DNA of 40,018 nucleotides from a virus (IMGVR_UViG_3300015615_001160:82526-122543); one strand, 5' to 3'. Positions 26,286 to 35,424 are shown, counted from the stretch's first letter. The notes: a model not told the origin generated them from the sequence alone. Numbers and translations are program-made.

Positions 26286-26819
26286 TCATTTGTCGGCGAT
26301 GCGTTCGCGCGTGCGCTGAATCTCCGCGTGCAGATTCACGAACCACTGGAGTTCGTTGCTGAGCACCCGCAACGCGTCCTCGCCCCACTCTTCCATCGGC
26401 GACTGCTCGCTGCGCGTGTTGAACCACAGGCGGAACGCGTCGAGCGGCTTCACGAATTTCACCCACGGCGTCTCAGGGTTCGGTTCGCTCGGCGTCTTCG
26501 GCTTCTCGTGGATGATGCCGCAGGCGAGGTAGGCTTGGCGCAGCGTCGTGGCGTCGTTCAAATCGGAATCATGGTTCCGTTTTGCCAGCGCCATGTATTT
26601 GCGCGCGGTGCGTTCGCCGATCTGCGCGCAGTTGGCGTCGAGCCATTCGAGCCAGCCGCCGTGCTTGAGCGCCGCCTTTTGCTGGAGCAGGAGTTGTCCG
26701 CATTCGAGGGCCTTGTTGATGGCCGTGGTCGCTTGGTCTTTCGCCTGCGTGGCGAGTGCGACTGATTCCTCGAAGGTGCGGTTAATTTGCTCCGCGAGAT
26801 TGACGACGATTTCGCTCAT
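26286..26819 (-). CDS. DUF3102 domain protein
   Basis: CGQLL...KAALKHGGWLEWL...I.ERTARKYM.LA is the DUF3102 signature. Confidence 0.75.
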   Translation of the reverse strand: MSEIVVNLAEQINRTFEESVALATQAKDQATTAINKALECGQLLLQQKAALKHGGWLEWLDANCAQIGERTARKYMALAKRNHDSDLNDATTLRQAYLACGIIHEKPKTPSEPNPETPWVKFVKPLDAFRLWFNTRSEQSPMEEWGEDALRVLSNELQWFVNLHAEIQRTRERIADK

Positions 26820-27360
26820 TCCACCGTTCCCGAGTCAACTGCGCGTAGATGCTGCGCGCTCGCTTGGACTTCATTCCCCGGCTCGGTTTGAGGCCGAAGG
26901 TTTTGCACCACTGCGTGGCGATCTTGGAGAACGCCGCGCGAGAGACGCCGTGCTGTTTTGCCAGTTCCGTCTGGCTCTTGCCGTCGAGCGCGAGGATGCC
27001 GGTGGCGAAGCAGACCGCGTCGAAGACGAGCAGCGGCTTCGAGGTCGAGCGGATGCGGGCGCAGAACGACGCGAGCGCATCCGCGCACGCCTCTGCGGCA
27101 GGCTCGGTTGCTGGCTGCTGCGGATCGACAGCGGCGGCGATGTCGGGCGTCTCCGAGGCCAGCGATGACTCCGCGAGGTCTTCGTCGCGCAGCCCATTGC
27201 CGGTGCCGGGCACGAGCGGCTTGAGCAGGCCCTCGGCTTCGAGTCGACGGCGCTCGTCCGCAGGCAGTTTCTCGATCCACTCGCGAGCCTCGGGTGAGTC
27301 AAACGCAGCCTGATACTCGCGGTCGCGCGCGGCCTGGCGTGCAGCGTAGTTGTCGCTCAT
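26782..27360 (-). CDS. HTH-containing putative transcriptional regulator
   Basis: ATG 27360 with GGAGG upstream; C-terminal SQTELAKQHGVSRAAFSKI HTH. Confidence 0.6.
   Translation of the reverse strand: MSDNYAARQAARDREYQAAFDSPEAREWIEKLPADERRRLEAEGLLKPLVPGTGNGLRDEDLAESSLASETPDIAAAVDPQQPATEPAAEACADALASFCARIRSTSKPLLVFDAVCFATGILALDGKSQTELAKQHGVSRAAFSKIATQWCKTFGLKPSRGMKSKRARSIYAQLTRERWNERNRRQSRGAN
26833..26838 (-). promoter_or_regulatory. TTGACT variant 13 nt upstream of ATG 26819
   Basis: TTGACT-cgggaacggtgga-ATG. Confidence 0.4.
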
Positions 27361-27411
27361 CGGGCCACCTCCTGCCTCGGTGCGCGGCCTTGGGCCTTCA
27401 CCCTGCTGCAC

Positions 27412-27468
27412 GCTGCAAGAAATACACCTGCCCCCTTTAGGGGGGCAGGATGGGTGTATTCTTGCAGC
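27412..27468. repeat. Long imperfect palindrome, candidate replication origin
   Basis: GCTGCAAGA(A)ATACACC...CCTGCCCCCT/AGGGGGGCAGG...GGTGTATTCTTGCAGC directly downstream of the primase-helicase, flanked by TGCAGC repeats. Confidence 0.6.
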
Positions 27469-27523
27469 AGCCGCAGAATCGTTTTTGCAGCGTTTGATTC
27501 AGCAATTTTGCAGCAGGCCATAA

Positions 27524-29503
27524 TCACTGGCCCTCCATGCGGTTGCTCCAGTTCCAGATGGTGCGCGTGGAGACGTTGAATTTTGCAGCAAGAGCCGCCT
27601 CGTTCTCGCGGGTTACAGCACCGCCGACTTCAATTATTGCAGCACGGAAGGCGGCTTCATCGAACCCGCTGCGGCGACCGGGCGTGCCGCGCCGGTAACG
27701 TCCGGTTTGCTTCGCGGCCTCGGCAGGTTTGTCGCACTGCTCCCAGCAGATGCCGCCGGCCTCCGCGTGGCGCAGGAAGATGGTGTCCGTCGGCTCGCCT
27801 TCGGGCGTCCGCAGGCCCGCGCGCTTGCGCCGCTTGGTCATGCTCAACTGGAACGTGGGCGCGGTGCCCTCGGCGGTTTTGACGCGCAGCAGGACGGCGG
27901 TTTCGCGCGACCAGTTGACCAGCGCCGAACTGCCGAGGCCGCTGTAAGCGAGATCGCTCGCCGTCCAGTGCTCCGCCGCCTTCGGGTCTTTCGACGGCTT
28001 GCCGGTGTGGTGCAGCAGGCACCACGTCACGCCGGTCTTAAGCGCGATGGCGTTGAGCTGGCCGCAGCAGAACTCCGCGATGACGCGCTGCTCGCTGATG
28101 TCGTCGCCGATGTAGTTGAGCAGCGGATCGGCCCACGCGAGATCCGGGCGGTGGCGCTCGACGAGAGTTTTCGCCAGCGCCGCGAACGCTTCGCCCGTGT
28201 GTGTCGTGTCGCGGTAGATGATCACGCGATCCTCCAGCAGCCGCTCCTGCTCGGCGGTGAGGCCCATGCCGCGTTTGACGCCCTGATACATCTCCGCGAG
28301 ATCGCCCTCGTCGTTCTCGGCCTGGATGAGCAGCGAGCGAAGCGGCCGCACGGGTGTGATGCCGAACGCGGGCAGGCCCAGCGCCCACAGAATCATGAGC
28401 TGCATGCACAGCGATGATTTGCCGATGCCGGACTGGCCGACGACGACGAGCGAGCCGCCCCGGCAAAGCCAGCGCGAGCCGAGGATGTTGTTCGGATCGT
28501 TGCTGGTGTCGTAGGCCGCGAGCCGCGAGATGCTCAGAGGTTCGCCGAGTTCTTCGGCCTCGCGGCTCGCCTCCCATTCCTCCCACGAGGCAGCGCCGAA
28601 GTTCGTCGTCAGCAGCCGCTGGTGCCGCACATCGCCCTCGACCGTGCGCCGCCCATCGGGACAGCGCGAAAGCCGTGACGGATTGCGGTTCTGCCGGTCG
28701 AGCGACTGTCCGTCGAAAAGCTCCCAGATGAGATCGACGCGCCGCTTGTATTCCTTCGCGTCGGGCGCATCGACGCGCACCCACGCGTGCAAGGACTCAT
28801 TACCGGAATCAATCAGCACGGTCACCGGCAGACGGCTGGCCACGATGGCTGCGTGCTGCTTTTCCTTGGGAATGGGCACGCCCGCTTCGTCGCGATCAAA
28901 CTCGACGAGGACATGGCGATGAATCGCAACGTCGTTGTTCTTCGAGCCGCCGGGCGTCATCGGATTGATGCGGACGAACAAACCCAGCGCCGTGGAGAAT
29001 ACGCGCTCGATGCCGCCCTTGTCGGCGACCCGCTGCTTCCACTCCTCGCGGGTCATTGTCACACCGCGCGAGGGAACGATCTCGCCGGCTTCATTCTCCT
29101 TGGCTGGCGCGATGGCGATGTGCTCGCCGGGCAGAAAGCACGCCTCGATGAAGGCCACGAATCCACCTTCGATGGGCGGCGGCAACGAGGGCGGTGCCGC
29201 ACCCGGCGGGCGCGGCGCTCCCGGTGGTCTCGCTGCGCCAGCATGGATCGGCTCGCGGCGCGCCTGCGAAAACGCCGAACGGATCGTCGTCATTGCTTCC
29301 GGCTCACTCAGCCCGTCGGCCAGCGCACGGGCGAGCAGCCGGGCCTGCGCGTCGTCGAGCGCGTGCCCGGCGTCGCGGAACTGGCAGGCAGCGTCGAACA
29401 ACTCGGCGTTGCGCGTGCCTTCCGGCGCGCCGCGGTCGAGATAGTCGAGCGTCCGTCGCGGAACATCGGGACGCGGTGCTGATGCCCGGTAGCGAAAACT
29501 CAT
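27524..29503 (-). CDS. Primase-helicase (PriCT-like + AEP-like + RepA/AAA_25 helicase)
   Basis: G.RN..LF..AC (PriCT-like); VLVEFD and DSGNESLHAW (AEP motifs); GQSGIGKS Walker A; WADPL Walker B; LLHHTGK. Confidence 0.85.
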   Translation of the reverse strand: MSFRYRASAPRPDVPRRTLDYLDRGAPEGTRNAELFDAACQFRDAGHALDDAQARLLARALADGLSEPEAMTTIRSAFSQARREPIHAGAARPPGAPRPPGAAPPSLPPPIEGGFVAFIEACFLPGEHIAIAPAKENEAGEIVPSRGVTMTREEWKQRVADKGGIERVFSTALGLFVRINPMTPGGSKNNDVAIHRHVLVEFDRDEAGVPIPKEKQHAAIVASRLPVTVLIDSGNESLHAWVRVDAPDAKEYKRRVDLIWELFDGQSLDRQNRNPSRLSRCPDGRRTVEGDVRHQRLLTTNFGAASWEEWEASREAEELGEPLSISRLAAYDTSNDPNNILGSRWLCRGGSLVVVGQSGIGKSSLCMQLMILWALGLPAFGITPVRPLRSLLIQAENDEGDLAEMYQGVKRGMGLTAEQERLLEDRVIIYRDTTHTGEAFAALAKTLVERHRPDLAWADPLLNYIGDDISEQRVIAEFCCGQLNAIALKTGVTWCLLHHTGKPSKDPKAAEHWTASDLAYSGLGSSALVNWSRETAVLLRVKTAEGTAPTFQLSMTKRRKRAGLRTPEGEPTDTIFLRHAEAGGICWEQCDKPAEAAKQTGRYRRGTPGRRSGFDEAAFRAAIIEVGGAVTRENEAALAAKFNVSTRTIWNWSNRMEGQ

Positions 29504-31041
29504 GCGGTGGCACTCGCGGTGCGTCCGTTCCAGCGCGCGTCGAGGAACGCCTTGGCCTCGTCGAACGTGGCGAGTTCCGGCTGTGGGTGGCCGAGCTTGC
29601 GGAGCCAGCGCACCTGCTTGGCGCTCGCCAGCCCGAGGTTCATTCGCGTGAACACCTTGTCCAGGATGGCGCAGGCGTGACCCTTGTTCTGCACGGATTC
29701 GGGCGCGATGCCGTAGCGCAGCAGCATCTCGCGCTGCTTCGGCGTCATGCCGTCCTCGTGCCAGCGCATCGTCGGTTGGAACTCGGCGATATCCACCTCG
29801 TTGATCGAGAGGGCGAACTCCAGCGCGTCGAACGTCCGGGCTTCGCGCTTCGCGTTTTCGCGCAGCCGCTCACGCAAGCTGGCGGCACGATCGGCATCCA
29901 CCTTCTTCTTGGCTTCTTCGAGATCGCCGTCGCCGAGCGCGAGCGCCTCGGTGATGGCCTCGGCTTCCTCGTCGCTGCCCGCGATGAGGTGCGCCGGGCT
30001 GATTAGCGAGTGCTCTTGCGAGAGCCACAGGAAATCCAGCAGCAGCAGGTGATCTTTGCCGGGATAGAGCCGGGTGCCGCGCCCGATGACCTGGCTGTAG
30101 AGCGAGCGGACTTTCGTGGGCCGCAGCATCACGACGCAATCGACGCTGGGTTCGTCGTAGCCCTCGGTGAGCAGCATGGCGTTCGAGAGCAGCCGAGTTT
30201 TACCGCGCCCAAAGCGCGCGAGGATTTCCTTCCGGTCGGGCGACGCGCCATCGATGTGCTCCGAAGGAATGCCGCGCTCGTTGCAGAGCGCCGCGAACTT
30301 TTCGCTCAGCGCGATCAGCGGCAGGAAGACCAGCGTCTTGCGGTGCCGGTGCTGCACGAGCGTGTCGGCGATGGCTTCGAGATACGGCTCGATGGCGTGC
30401 CCGAGGTCGTCGGCGCTGTAGTCGCCAGCGGTCGTGCCGACGTCATCGAGATCGATCTGGAGCGGCACCGTCTGAACTTTGATCGGCGCGAGCCAGTTCT
30501 GCCGGATGAGATCGAGCAGCGTGAGTTCATACGGCACGTTCTCGAAGTATTTCCCGAGGTTCTTTTTGTCGCCGCGATCCGGCGTCGCCGTGACCCCGAG
30601 CACGAAGGCGTTCGAGTCGAAGTGACCGAGGACGCCCATGTAGCTGCTCGCGAGGACGTGGTGCGCCTCGTCCACGACCACGAGGCCGAAGTGATCGCGC
30701 GGCCAGCGTTCGCGGCGCGCGGTGCGGGCGAGCGTCTGCACGCTGGCGACCACGACCGGCGCGTTGAGCGACGCACGATAGTCGGCCATCTCGACCTCGG
30801 CGATGATGCCCGTGGCGCGATGGATTTTGTCCACGGCCTGCGAGATGAGTTCTTCGCGGTGGGCCAGGACGAGCGTCCTCCGTGGTTGATGCGCGGCGGC
30901 GAGGTGCGCGAACTGGACGGTCTTACCCCCGCCGGTCGGGAACACGAGCAGTTGCTTCTGATACTCCGTGAAGCCCTTCATGATCGCCTCGTGCGCGGCG
31001 ACCTGATAGCCACGGAGGCCGAGCTTAGAAGGGGCGGTCAC
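29500..31041 (-). CDS. SF2 DEAD/DEAH-box helicase
   Basis: PTGGGKT, DEAH, TATP, LTEGYD and QVIGRGTR motifs. Confidence 0.92.
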   Translation of the reverse strand: MTAPSKLGLRGYQVAAHEAIMKGFTEYQKQLLVFPTGGGKTVQFAHLAAAHQPRRTLVLAHREELISQAVDKIHRATGIIAEVEMADYRASLNAPVVVASVQTLARTARRERWPRDHFGLVVVDEAHHVLASSYMGVLGHFDSNAFVLGVTATPDRGDKKNLGKYFENVPYELTLLDLIRQNWLAPIKVQTVPLQIDLDDVGTTAGDYSADDLGHAIEPYLEAIADTLVQHRHRKTLVFLPLIALSEKFAALCNERGIPSEHIDGASPDRKEILARFGRGKTRLLSNAMLLTEGYDEPSVDCVVMLRPTKVRSLYSQVIGRGTRLYPGKDHLLLLDFLWLSQEHSLISPAHLIAGSDEEAEAITEALALGDGDLEEAKKKVDADRAASLRERLRENAKREARTFDALEFALSINEVDIAEFQPTMRWHEDGMTPKQREMLLRYGIAPESVQNKGHACAILDKVFTRMNLGLASAKQVRWLRKLGHPQPELATFDEAKAFLDARWNGRTASATA

Positions 31042-31420
31042 CTTGCCCTCCTTTCTCGCTGGTCTGCGGGACGAGCCACGCGGCGACCTTGTTCCGTTTC
31101 CGGCCCTGATAGTCCTCGACGATCAGCCGCACCTTGCCGGTGCGCCCGATGAGATCGTCGGCGACGATATCCACTTCCTCGCCGGGCACGACCTTCTCGC
31201 CGACGGACGCGCGGAACGCATCGATCTTCCAGAACGACGACTCGGCGAAGACGAGGTGATCGAAGAGCACGACGCCGTCCGGCTCCACCTTGAGGCGAAG
31301 CTCGATCATGTCGTTCTTGTTCTTCGAGACGGTTTCTTCGGCTCCGGTGATCTCGACGGAGTATTCACCGGCGTTGACGTATTCGGGACGCGTCGCGTCC
31401 CCTGAGCGATAGCTGGGCAT
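31025..31420 (-). CDS. DUF669 family SSB-like protein
   Basis: Start re-called at ATG 31420. GEYSVEIT.AE...SKN..DMI.L...L.G....V......Y.G..RNKV, with a PF-ending tail. Confidence 0.7.
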   Translation of the reverse strand: MPSYRSGDATRPEYVNAGEYSVEITGAEETVSKNKNDMIELRLKVEPDGVVLFDHLVFAESSFWKIDAFRASVGEKVVPGEEVDIVADDLIGRTGKVRLIVEDYQGRKRNKVAAWLVPQTSEKGGQGDRPF

Positions 31421-31422
31421 GG

Positions 31423-32478
31423 TTAGTTGGCTGGTTGTGGTTGTGAGGTTTCGGGCAGAGGCATGGGGCCACCTACGGGACGGGCGGCAGATTTGTCGGG
31501 GACGAGGGCCACGACGGGTTTGCCCGGCTCGATGACGCCGGGCGGGATGGGTTTGTCCGGGAGCTTGAGCGCCCAGATTTCGCGGAACTTTTTCGCGCTG
31601 AGGTTGCCGTAGGCGGCGAGCACCGCCCCGAAGCCGAGCGCCTGGATGTGACGCCCGACGTTGTCGTGATTGACGAACTCCGCGCCCTTGCGCTGCTGGA
31701 GTTTCCAGCCGGGCACCACGAGGCCAGCCTTCAGCCGATCCTTCGCGGCGACCTCGGCTTTCTCGCGGTAATCGTCGAGCACCGAGCAGGCAGCGAGGAA
31801 GCGGCCGAGTTTCGTGTCGTCCGCGAGGATCGCAGCGAAGTCGAAGGCCGGGCCCGTGCTGGCGAGCGCCGTCGCCGCCGCGGTCGTGCGTGCCGGACAA
31901 GTCTCCCGCTTCGCGCACCAGCCGCAGTAATCGCAGAGCGTCGGCTGCTTCGCGGGGTCGCGGTAGCTGGCGACAACGTCGGCGACGATCTGCTTTGCCT
32001 CGGCGAACGTGAAGTGATGCGAGACGACCTCGCGCTGGTCGCAGAACAGCAAGTGCGCCGTCCACTCCGACGCGAACCGCTGCTCCATCAGGCCCAGCGC
32101 ATACGCCGCCATCTGCTCGCGGTAGTTGCGCTTCTGCCCGGTCTTGAGATCGGCGTGGGCAAACCGCTCCGCGATGATCGCATCGGCGGTGCCGGGATTT
32201 TCAAAACCGCTGATCGTGATGCGGCACTGATCCTCGCGGGTCACGAGCGGCGCGCCGCCCGCGAGCGTCCGCACCATTGCCACCGCCCACTCGACCGCCG
32301 CGTGATCGTCGGCGTTCGGCGTGTAGAACATCTCGGCCTGATCGGGCACGCCTTCGAGGCGGGCGCGGAAGAGCGCATCGAGCGCGGAGCCGCGCGCGGC
32401 TTCCGGGCCGGCGTCGGCACTGGATTCAAAGCACGCGCACTCGGCGAGCTTGGGCAGAGCGGAAGGGCGCAGGCTCAT
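31423..32478 (-). CDS. PD-(D/E)xK exonuclease (DUF2800/Cas4-like recombination nuclease)
   Basis: Start re-called at ATG 32478. RPSAL...C, GTAD, DLKTG, QMAAYA and C.YC.WC....C motifs. Confidence 0.8.
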   Translation of the reverse strand: MSLRPSALPKLAECACFESSADAGPEAARGSALDALFRARLEGVPDQAEMFYTPNADDHAAVEWAVAMVRTLAGGAPLVTREDQCRITISGFENPGTADAIIAERFAHADLKTGQKRNYREQMAAYALGLMEQRFASEWTAHLLFCDQREVVSHHFTFAEAKQIVADVVASYRDPAKQPTLCDYCGWCAKRETCPARTTAAATALASTGPAFDFAAILADDTKLGRFLAACSVLDDYREKAEVAAKDRLKAGLVVPGWKLQQRKGAEFVNHDNVGRHIQALGFGAVLAAYGNLSAKKFREIWALKLPDKPIPPGVIEPGKPVVALVPDKSAARPVGGPMPLPETSQPQPAN

Positions 32479-33452
32479 TGGGCACCTCCTTGCGCGGCAA
32501 TGTGGTCGGCGACCGCCTGCGTGAACCGTTCCGGTGCCGCGAGGACGCGCGCTTTGTATTCGGGCTTCGCATCGCGCCACGTCTGCTGTGCGGTGATCTC
32601 GCCGCGCGCGACGAGGAAGGCATTGATCGCGTCTTCGCGTCCCTCGAACAGCACGGCGAGCTTCGCGTCATCGCCGCCGTCCGTCTTCGTTGCGGCGGGG
32701 GGAGGAGGCGCGGCTGCGCTGGCGTCGAAGACGTGTGCGATGGCCGCGTAGTCGAAGGGCAGCTTCTCCTCGAGTCCGTGCCGGTTTTTCGCGTCCCACG
32801 CGGCGGTGTGCGACGTGTAAAGCACGCGCTCCTTGCCGCCGACGCCGCGCTTCTTCCCGGTGTCCGACTCGGCGATGCGCGTGAAATAGTTGCCGAACAA
32901 AAGCAGATCGACCCACTCGCGCACGAGCGGCGCGACCTGCTTGGACAATTTCAACTCGTAGCGGTCGTAGGCACCCGCGGCCTCGGGCTGCTCGAACTTT
33001 CGGATCGAGCAGTGGCCGAGCATGACGATGTGCATGCCCCGGTCGCGCAGCGCGTCGAGCGAGCGCAGGAACCCGGCGAACTCCTCGGCGAGATACGTGT
33101 ATCCCTTGCCGTAGCCGAACTCCTCGATGCTTGCCTTGTGGCTGCGACGGCAGATGTCCTCCGCGAGAAACTTTTCCGCCCAATCGATGCTGTCGATGAT
33201 CAGCGTCTTGAACTCCCCGGACTTCGCCGTGAGCTGTTCGACCGCTGATTTGATACCGACCCAGTCGCGGGTGTTTTCAAACCGCGCGACGTCGAGATGG
33301 TCGCTGCCTTGTTCGGTGTCGATGAACACCGGATTCGGGAACTTCGCGGCGAGCGAGGTCTTGCCCAGACCCTCTACGCCATAAAGACAGGCGCGTTGCG
33401 CTTTCGCCAGTTTGCCCCGGCGAATCGGGAGTGATGAAGTGGATGTGCTCAT
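32475..33452 (-). CDS. AAA_24 phage NTP-binding protein (Sak4-like annealing ATPase)
   Basis: Start re-called at ATG 33452. LYGVEGLGKT, IDTEQG, IIDSIDW and AKNR motifs. Confidence 0.85.
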   Translation of the reverse strand: MSTSTSSLPIRRGKLAKAQRACLYGVEGLGKTSLAAKFPNPVFIDTEQGSDHLDVARFENTRDWVGIKSAVEQLTAKSGEFKTLIIDSIDWAEKFLAEDICRRSHKASIEEFGYGKGYTYLAEEFAGFLRSLDALRDRGMHIVMLGHCSIRKFEQPEAAGAYDRYELKLSKQVAPLVREWVDLLLFGNYFTRIAESDTGKKRGVGGKERVLYTSHTAAWDAKNRHGLEEKLPFDYAAIAHVFDASAAAPPPPAATKTDGGDDAKLAVLFEGREDAINAFLVARGEITAQQTWRDAKPEYKARVLAAPERFTQAVADHIAAQGGAQ

Positions 33453-33513
33453 GTGTCGGATTGGGTTGTTTTCAAAGGCCCTCTGGGGCTCGAACGCCCC
33501 ATACGGCGCGTGC

Positions 33514-34110
33514 TCATGCTTTGTCGGGTTGCGTGCCGCCGACCTGCCTCCTGGCGAACTCGGCCCGGATTCGAGCGACCCGTTCGCGCAGCGTTTCGAC
33601 GTGAACTCCAAGGTCGCGCGCCGCCTCGCGCAGACTCTTGGTCACCGCGAGGGCGGCGCAGGTGCCACGGTCGATTTCTGAGAGTTCATCTAGCACCATC
33701 CGCACGTCGAGAATCAGCGCGTGATCCGCCGGCCACGACCGAAGTCCTGCGCGACGCAGCGCCTCTTCCGCGTCGATCAACTCGCCGAGCGGGTCATCGT
33801 TGCCTTCTTCATTTTGGGGCACTTCGTCGAGTGAGGCGGCGATGCGCCGCTCGTCGCGGCCCTCTGCGAATCGTGCATCGAGGCAGTCGCGCACTTTGTT
33901 CGCGACGATCCGTTCGATGAATGTCCTGAGCGACGCCCTGGCCGGATCATGTCTTTCGGCCTTCTCTGCGACATGCATGCGCAAGATCTGCGCAATGTCG
34001 TCCGCATCGGATTCGCGGATGCCTGTGGTTCCGATCAGTTTCCCCACCACGGCGCGTATTGTTCGTTCCGCCTGCCGGATGGCCTCTTCTTGAAGCGCGT
34101 GAGTTTGCAC
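33514..34110 (-). CDS. Sigma-70 family (ECF-like) sigma factor
   Basis: Region-2-like DADDIAQ...HDPARASLRTFIERIVANKVRD; region-4 HTH SLREAARDLGVHVETLRERVARIR. Confidence 0.75.
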   Translation of the reverse strand: MQTHALQEEAIRQAERTIRAVVGKLIGTTGIRESDADDIAQILRMHVAEKAERHDPARASLRTFIERIVANKVRDCLDARFAEGRDERRIAASLDEVPQNEEGNDDPLGELIDAEEALRRAGLRSWPADHALILDVRMVLDELSEIDRGTCAALAVTKSLREAARDLGVHVETLRERVARIRAEFARRQVGGTQPDKA

Positions 34111-34118
34111 GCGCTGGG

Positions 34119-34136
34119 CCGGCGAAATTTCGCCGG
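34119..34136. promoter_or_regulatory. Perfect 18-bp palindrome 8 nt upstream of the sigma start
   Basis: CCGGCGAAATTTCGCCGG. Confidence 0.55.
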
Positions 34137-34189
34137 ATCAGGCGGCAGGACTTCAGAATCCGGGCAGGCAGCGACCCACAAACCCGCAT

Positions 34190-34223
34190 AAACAAAAGCC
34201 CCGCAGGCCGAAGCGTGCGGGGC
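34190..34223 (-). terminator. Intrinsic terminator after the 34276..35424 gene
   Basis: GCCCCGCA-N10-TGCGGGGC-TTTTGTTT on the minus strand. Confidence 0.8.
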
Positions 34224-34275
34224 GTGGAATTTTGAAGATTCTCGAAACGGAGGCGGTGAAATTCACCGCGCGTGG

Positions 34276-35424
34276 CTATTCGTCGCGTGTGCCGCGGGCT
34301 ACGCGGCCCTTCTGATTAAGCCTCCGTGGCGCGTCCGGGATGGGGGTCTCCTCGTGCGGAGCGCAGTCGACTCGAAATGTTGCTTCGTAGCAAAAGCGTC
34401 CCGGGTGCGACGTGAACGCCGCCTTCGCGTCGAGGCCGGTCAGGTCGGCCAGCAGCTTTGCCATCTGCTGCTTGTGTTTCTTGAGGGCGCTCCATGTATC
34501 CGCGTTCGACGCCACGACTCGGCGTTTGCGGACAATTGGCATGAAGAACTCGTCCCAGCACTCAAAGGGGGCGACGTCTTTACCAGACCGCTTTGCCAGA
34601 CCGAGAGTTTCAAAGGTGTAAGACTCGCGCGCTTCACGCGAACTGCGGCCGCTGCGAACGGACGCATGGATCGAGATGGTGTGGCCGTTCACCTCCGCGA
34701 ACTTGAGATCCTGCCAACTTGCTCCTTCGGGCGTCGGGAATTTTGGGAGTGGCGGCTCGACGCGAATGCCAGCAGACGACAGGGCGAACTCGACAATTCG
34801 TGCCGCCGCCCTGTCGGCTACCAATCGCCCTGATACCTCGATGGCGAAATCCTCGTCCATAACGAGCAACTCAGCCTTGCGGCTGGCGAGAAGAGCAATG
34901 GAATCCGTGTCGAGGTGCAGCCGCGATGGAATGATCAGAACAAACGAACGACCGCTAACCCGTTCGGCAAAACGCTGAAGTTCCGGGAAAAGAGCGTGGA
35001 ACTGTGTCGCCGCGCAGAAGAACACCGGGAGCCGCGCGTTCGCGGCGGGGGCGGCCCAGCCCAACTCGGCGGCAGCAGGCAGTCCCACCACAGGTGTCGG
35101 TGCTCCACCAAGTTTCAATGCGCGCCCGATGGAGCCGAGAAGCCCGCTCCAGTCGAGCTTCGTCAATGCAAGCTCTGCGCGTGAAAATGTCGTCCGCGGG
35201 CATTCCGCTTCCACGCAAATTCCGGTCAGCAGCCCATCGCCCGACGGCGAAATCTCAAAGCCGCAAACGCTGTCCGGCGTTTTCGGGCACGGCACGAAGT
35301 CGGCGACGCCTCCAGTGGGGGCGAGGAATGTCGCGAGCCGATCAAAGTTCTCGCCGAGCAACGTGCGCCACACGCGCTGCGGCGCGACTGCCTGCTCAAC
35401 TAGAAGCTGCCACGGTGCGCTCAT
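34276..35424 (-). CDS. Hypothetical protein with N-terminal Cys cluster and possible C-terminal DNA-binding domain
   Basis: 382 aa; CPK...CGF...C...C Zn-ribbon-like motif; coupled to the upstream gene. Confidence 0.6.
   Translation of the reverse strand: MSAPWQLLVEQAVAPQRVWRTLLGENFDRLATFLAPTGGVADFVPCPKTPDSVCGFEISPSGDGLLTGICVEAECPRTTFSRAELALTKLDWSGLLGSIGRALKLGGAPTPVVGLPAAAELGWAAPAANARLPVFFCAATQFHALFPELQRFAERVSGRSFVLIIPSRLHLDTDSIALLASRKAELLVMDEDFAIEVSGRLVADRAAARIVEFALSSAGIRVEPPLPKFPTPEGASWQDLKFAEVNGHTISIHASVRSGRSSREARESYTFETLGLAKRSGKDVAPFECWDEFFMPIVRKRRVVASNADTWSALKKHKQQMAKLLADLTGLDAKAAFTSHPGRFCYEATFRVDCAPHEETPIPDAPRRLNQKGRVARGTRDE

Noticed and set aside
31423-32478. Cas4-like nuclease suggesting CRISPR
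   Set aside because: No repeat-spacer array or other cas genes seen; it sits in a standard AAA_24/DUF669 recombination module.
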